Shown piece after piece: positions 60,180 through 64,000 of a stretch of 64,000 bases of DNA. The notes beneath the pieces were generated by a model. It saw only the letters and a program-made list of their open reading frames with translations. It did not search any database and had not been told where the DNA came from. Source of the DNA: an uncultured virus (IMG/VR IMGVR_UViG_3300030101_004641) (Duplodnaviria > Heunggongvirae > Uroviricota > Caudoviricetes); IMG/VR virus record IMGVR_UViG_3300030101_004641, one strand, 5' to 3'. Position 1 is the first letter of the stretch, and every line of letters starts with the position of its first letter. The translations under genes and the position numbers were made by a program.

Positions 60180-61185
60180 ACGTAAATTTTTTACAACTTA
60201 AAGCAACTTTTAGGGGTAAATGCTTGACAGTCACACCCATCTGGGTATAGGCTAATTTTCAAAGGTTACACCACCTTATTCACACACTCACTTATTAGGA
60301 GACTATTTACGAATGGAGAAATCCTTATTTTATTTACCTGCGGAGGGTTTAGATGCCCCAGAGTTTGAAGGTTATTATGACCCCAATAGAGTAGATAATC
60401 AAGCTCGATGCCCTTACTTCACAGAGGGGGTATTTAAACAAATACAAAAGTATTATTTAAACTTTAATGATGTTGATATTCAAAGAGATGTAGTACCCCA
60501 TTTAAAAGATATGGAGACTTGTAAATCAAACCTTCATAAATCTTGTGATGGTCAACTTTATGAAATTGGTAATGGCATATTGCAATGGGGTTGTATAGCT
60601 GATGACTAAAAAATATATTCATAGATACAAACTTTCCTACACTCAAATCTATAACCTTGTAGGGCATCAAGTTATGAGTGCTTACGATAATGGCAAAATA
60701 ACTTTTGATGAATTCGATCAGCACTTAATTACCGCTATACAGGAGCATAACAAAAATGGATAAAGAAATTGCACAATACGTCAACACTCTTTTAGCCGAT
60801 AAGGAAAGAGAAGTTGAGAAAGAACAACGTGCATACAATGAAATTTATAGATCTAATCCTAATGAAGGATCTAGGATAGATCCCGAAAGAATGGTTGTAT
60901 GGGGTCAAGAATTATCATGGGAAAGGCACATGATTTACAAGGCTCAAAAATCTATGGATTACATCATCGAGGAAGAGGAGGGGATGCAATGAGTCACACA
61001 GCAAACGACCAAATCTTAGAAAGTATCTACGAAAGATGGGAAATTATTTCTTGTTCAAATGGTGTAGGTCAATTTGAATTAGCTTATGAAAATGAATCTA
61101 CCCATGAAACATTTGACACTTTACAAGAAGCTGAAAAAGCTATAGAAGTTTATGTATCTAATCAATTAGAGGAGATGCCACAACC

Positions 61186-61764
61186 ATGAAAATATTAGTA
61201 GCCTGCGAATATTCGGGTATTGTGCGAGAAGCATTCAATGCTAAAGGCCATGATGCATGGTCATGTGATTTATTACCTACAGATCAACCAAGTGATAAAC
61301 ACATCCAAGGAGATGTCCTAAAAATTATTAATGATGGATGGGATTTAATTATTGCTCATCCTCCTTGCACTCATCTATCAGTTAGTGGAGCATCTAGATG
61401 GGCTGAAAAAGTAGCCGATGGTAGACAGCCCAAAGCTATTAAATTTGTTGAGGATATATGGGATGCAGATTGTCCAAAGATTTGTATTGAGAATCCTGTA
61501 GGAGCATTATCTAGTAGATCAAAATTAGGTAAGGCAACAATCTACATTCAACCTTATGAATTTGGACACCCTGAGCAGAAGAAGACAGGCTTATGGCTTA
61601 AAGGACTACCCAAACTAAAGGGAACTAAATACATCGATGTCTCAGGGCTACCTGATAAGGAAAGGCAGAGACTTCATTGGCTACCTCCATCTAAAGATAG
61701 ATGGAAAATAAGATCAACAACCTTTCAAGGTATAGCGGATGCTATGGCTGATCAATGGGGGTAA
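61186..61764 (+). CDS. Short C5-cytosine DNA methyltransferase
   Basis: LVACEYSG, CDLLP, HPPC catalytic motif, ENPV. Confidence 0.88.
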   Translation: MKILVACEYSGIVREAFNAKGHDAWSCDLLPTDQPSDKHIQGDVLKIINDGWDLIIAHPPCTHLSVSGASRWAEKVADGRQPKAIKFVEDIWDADCPKICIENPVGALSSRSKLGKATIYIQPYEFGHPEQKKTGLWLKGLPKLKGTKYIDVSGLPDKERQRLHWLPPSKDRWKIRSTTFQGIADAMADQWG

Positions 61765-64000
61765 ACCTCTTGACCTGATTATTTAGTCATAAAACTGATC
61801 TTTGCACACTTTTATTTACACCAAAACTAATGTCAAACTACAGCACAATTTCAGAGCAATTATGGTCTTTACCTGTTAAAGATTTACATAAGATTAAAAG
61901 CTCAATTTCTAACATCATTGAATCAAAAATCAAATCTTCTTTATATGTAGATCAAGAGGTCTATGTAGTTACCAAAAACAAAAGAGAGAATGGAGTAATT
62001 AAGAAAGTAAATAAGACTAGAGCAGTAGTTTCCATAGAAAACAAACTACATGACTACAATGTTCCATTTGCACTAATCGAGGTGAAGAACTAATGAAACA
62101 AGACGTATTACAGGATATTGCCTGCCTATCTTTGATGAGGTCAGGAGGTCAAAAGTGGAAAGATGATTGTCTTAAAGCTATTGAATTAATTAAACAAGGC
62201 ACTTTTGATGCTGACCTTGAAGAATTTACTCAAGGTAGTGCTGACATTGAAACAGTATCAGATTACATAATTCAAAAAATTAGGAGAACTAACAATGCAT
62301 GATTATTTAAAAGAAATCTATTTTGATTATTGTCTTAAGAATGATATGCCTAAGCATTCTGAATCTGCTCCACATAAAGGTTATTTATCAGCAGATGATC
62401 TCTTATGCAGTAATTATCAATTGACTAAATCACAAGTATCTTGGATAAAAAATTACATAAGATTATGGAACATCCTTGAGGATACATGGTTAGAAGAGGA
62501 GCAAAACTAATGCAGATTACATCTAAAAATGGCTGTATGGTCATTGATTATTACCCAGTTATGACTCCTACTAAAAAATTATTAGCTAATTATCGTTTAA
62601 GAGTTTTAACTTTTATTGGGCAAACTCAAAACAAAGAATTAATTTCTGAAAAAGAAATGATAACTGATAGAGATTTATTAACTAAGGATGGTTCTTTTAA
62701 AATTTCCTGCCAGACAAATCGCCCACCACAACTTATGACATTTACGGAGGTCAAGTAATGTTTATTCAATCAACAGAAAAACAAGGCACCTTTAGAGCCT
62801 GCGAAGAAGGTCATAAATTACTAAAACTAATTGATGACATGGGATGGGATTACGATAGATTCTCATCATCAGGACAAGAAACATATGACAAAATTTGCAA
62901 AATTATAGGTACTCCAGAGGAGGATTTAACCCATGCCTAAAACAAAATCAAAACCACAAACTTGGGAACAAAGAATCTCAAAACAATTAGTCGGAAGAAA
63001 GATCGTAGAAGTGCGATGGATGACTAAGAAAGAAGCTGATGAAAACTATTGGGATTATCAGCCAGTTCTATTAATACTTGATGATGGAACAGCCCTCTGC
63101 CCTATGTCAGACGATGAGGGTAACAATGCAGGGGCATTGTGTCACCTTGGCGGTGAAGAAGAAACTATTCCAGTAATGAGGGAAAGATAATGGATTCAAA
63201 AATAAGAGACAAAATTTTGCACAGATGTGAAATCCTTAGATACATGGGGGATGATGGTATTTCTTGCATATATGACCAACTACCCGATGATGAACTCATG
63301 GAGGACTGTGGATGGGTCTTGGATAAGGCTCATGATGATTTAGATCAGTATCAATTCCAAGTTACTAAAAAGATCATTAACGAAGCTCCTAAGAGAGCTA
63401 CTAGTAAAGATATGTGGAGCTAATCATGACTACTTACAGAATTACTTGTAAAGAGGAAGTCATCTTCGTAAAAGAAGTAGAAGCTAACTCAGAGGATGAA
63501 GCAAGAGAAAAGCTTAATAACGATGTCAATGATTTTAAAACTTTCAAAGAATGGACAGAAGCTTGGGAGATAGCTGATATTGAAGAAAAAGAATCCCATA
63601 AAAAGACATGGGCAAACACATTCCCTACAAGAGGAGTAAGACCAAAATGAAACAAGACAAAAACTTTGAGCCATTAAATGAAACAGAAATGGACTGGCTT
63701 GCACAGCACAGATTCGATCTCTATTACAGCCTTAACGTGGATGAGATGTATCCAAAGGATCAGGAAATCTTTAGGTCAATCAGTGAAAAATTAGAAAAAT
63801 CAGATAAATCATGAAAATTTCTAATCGCACAAGAGCCTACAACAGCTACGAAAAAAGTCTTTGGTATGTTTATACCCTTCAACCTGGGTATCAATTGTTA
63901 CATGGCTCTTTTCCCCGCCACCACTATTAATTAATTAACTATGCGACCTTTACGATGCCATTTATTAATAGGACAGCCCGCAAGTGGTAAGTCTTATTTA

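Larger units (their letters stand above)
59089..63814 (+). other. Array of small, tightly coupled hypothetical early-type genes
   Basis: About 18 co-oriented ORFs of 50-140 aa, many acidic, with overlapping start/stop codons and GGAG RBSs. Confidence 0.75.

Noticed and set aside
60602..60763. Possible fourth intergenic hairpin element
   Set aside because: The region is a 53-aa ORF coupled to both neighbours; the pairing is probably incidental.
1..64000. tRNA/rRNA genes, integrase or att sites, phage RNA polymerase, tail sheath or tube
   Set aside because: None recognised by eye. The genome extends beyond the window, so absence is not established.

Overview
This AT-rich window is most of a marine cyanophage genome, probably infecting Prochlorococcus (Prochlorococcus-type psbA N-terminus, multi-copy hli cluster). 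Layout: (1) 1-14.5 kb holds host-type auxiliary genes (psbA, DUF4278, small beta-barrel, 4 hli, psbN-like, nblA-like) mixed with a chimeric replication module (T7-like family A polymerase, SSB, Gp157-like, PD-(D/E)XK exonuclease, Prim-Pol/D5 primase-helicase). (2) 14.7-18 kb holds an orphan repeat-fibre cassette. (3) 18.5-30 kb is an accessory block with several apparently catalytically altered enzymes and a second nblA-like gene. (4) 30-57.4 kb is a minus-strand morphogenesis block (fibres, capsid, scaffold, portal, terminase, probable internal proteins). (5) A repeat-rich divergent intergenic region at 57.4-58.0 kb is followed by small early-type genes. No RNA polymerase, integrase, tail sheath/tube, tRNA or CRISPR array was recognised. 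Most notable observations: two 52-bp dyads beside a nuclease-dead tandem HNH protein, a Peptidase_S74 chaperone domain split over two genes with Cys at the catalytic position, a 512-nt dual-coding portal/scaffold overlap with clear codon evidence, two NblA-like genes, and NtcA/HLR1/DnaA host-factor boxes. All family calls are by-eye motif recognition, not database searches.
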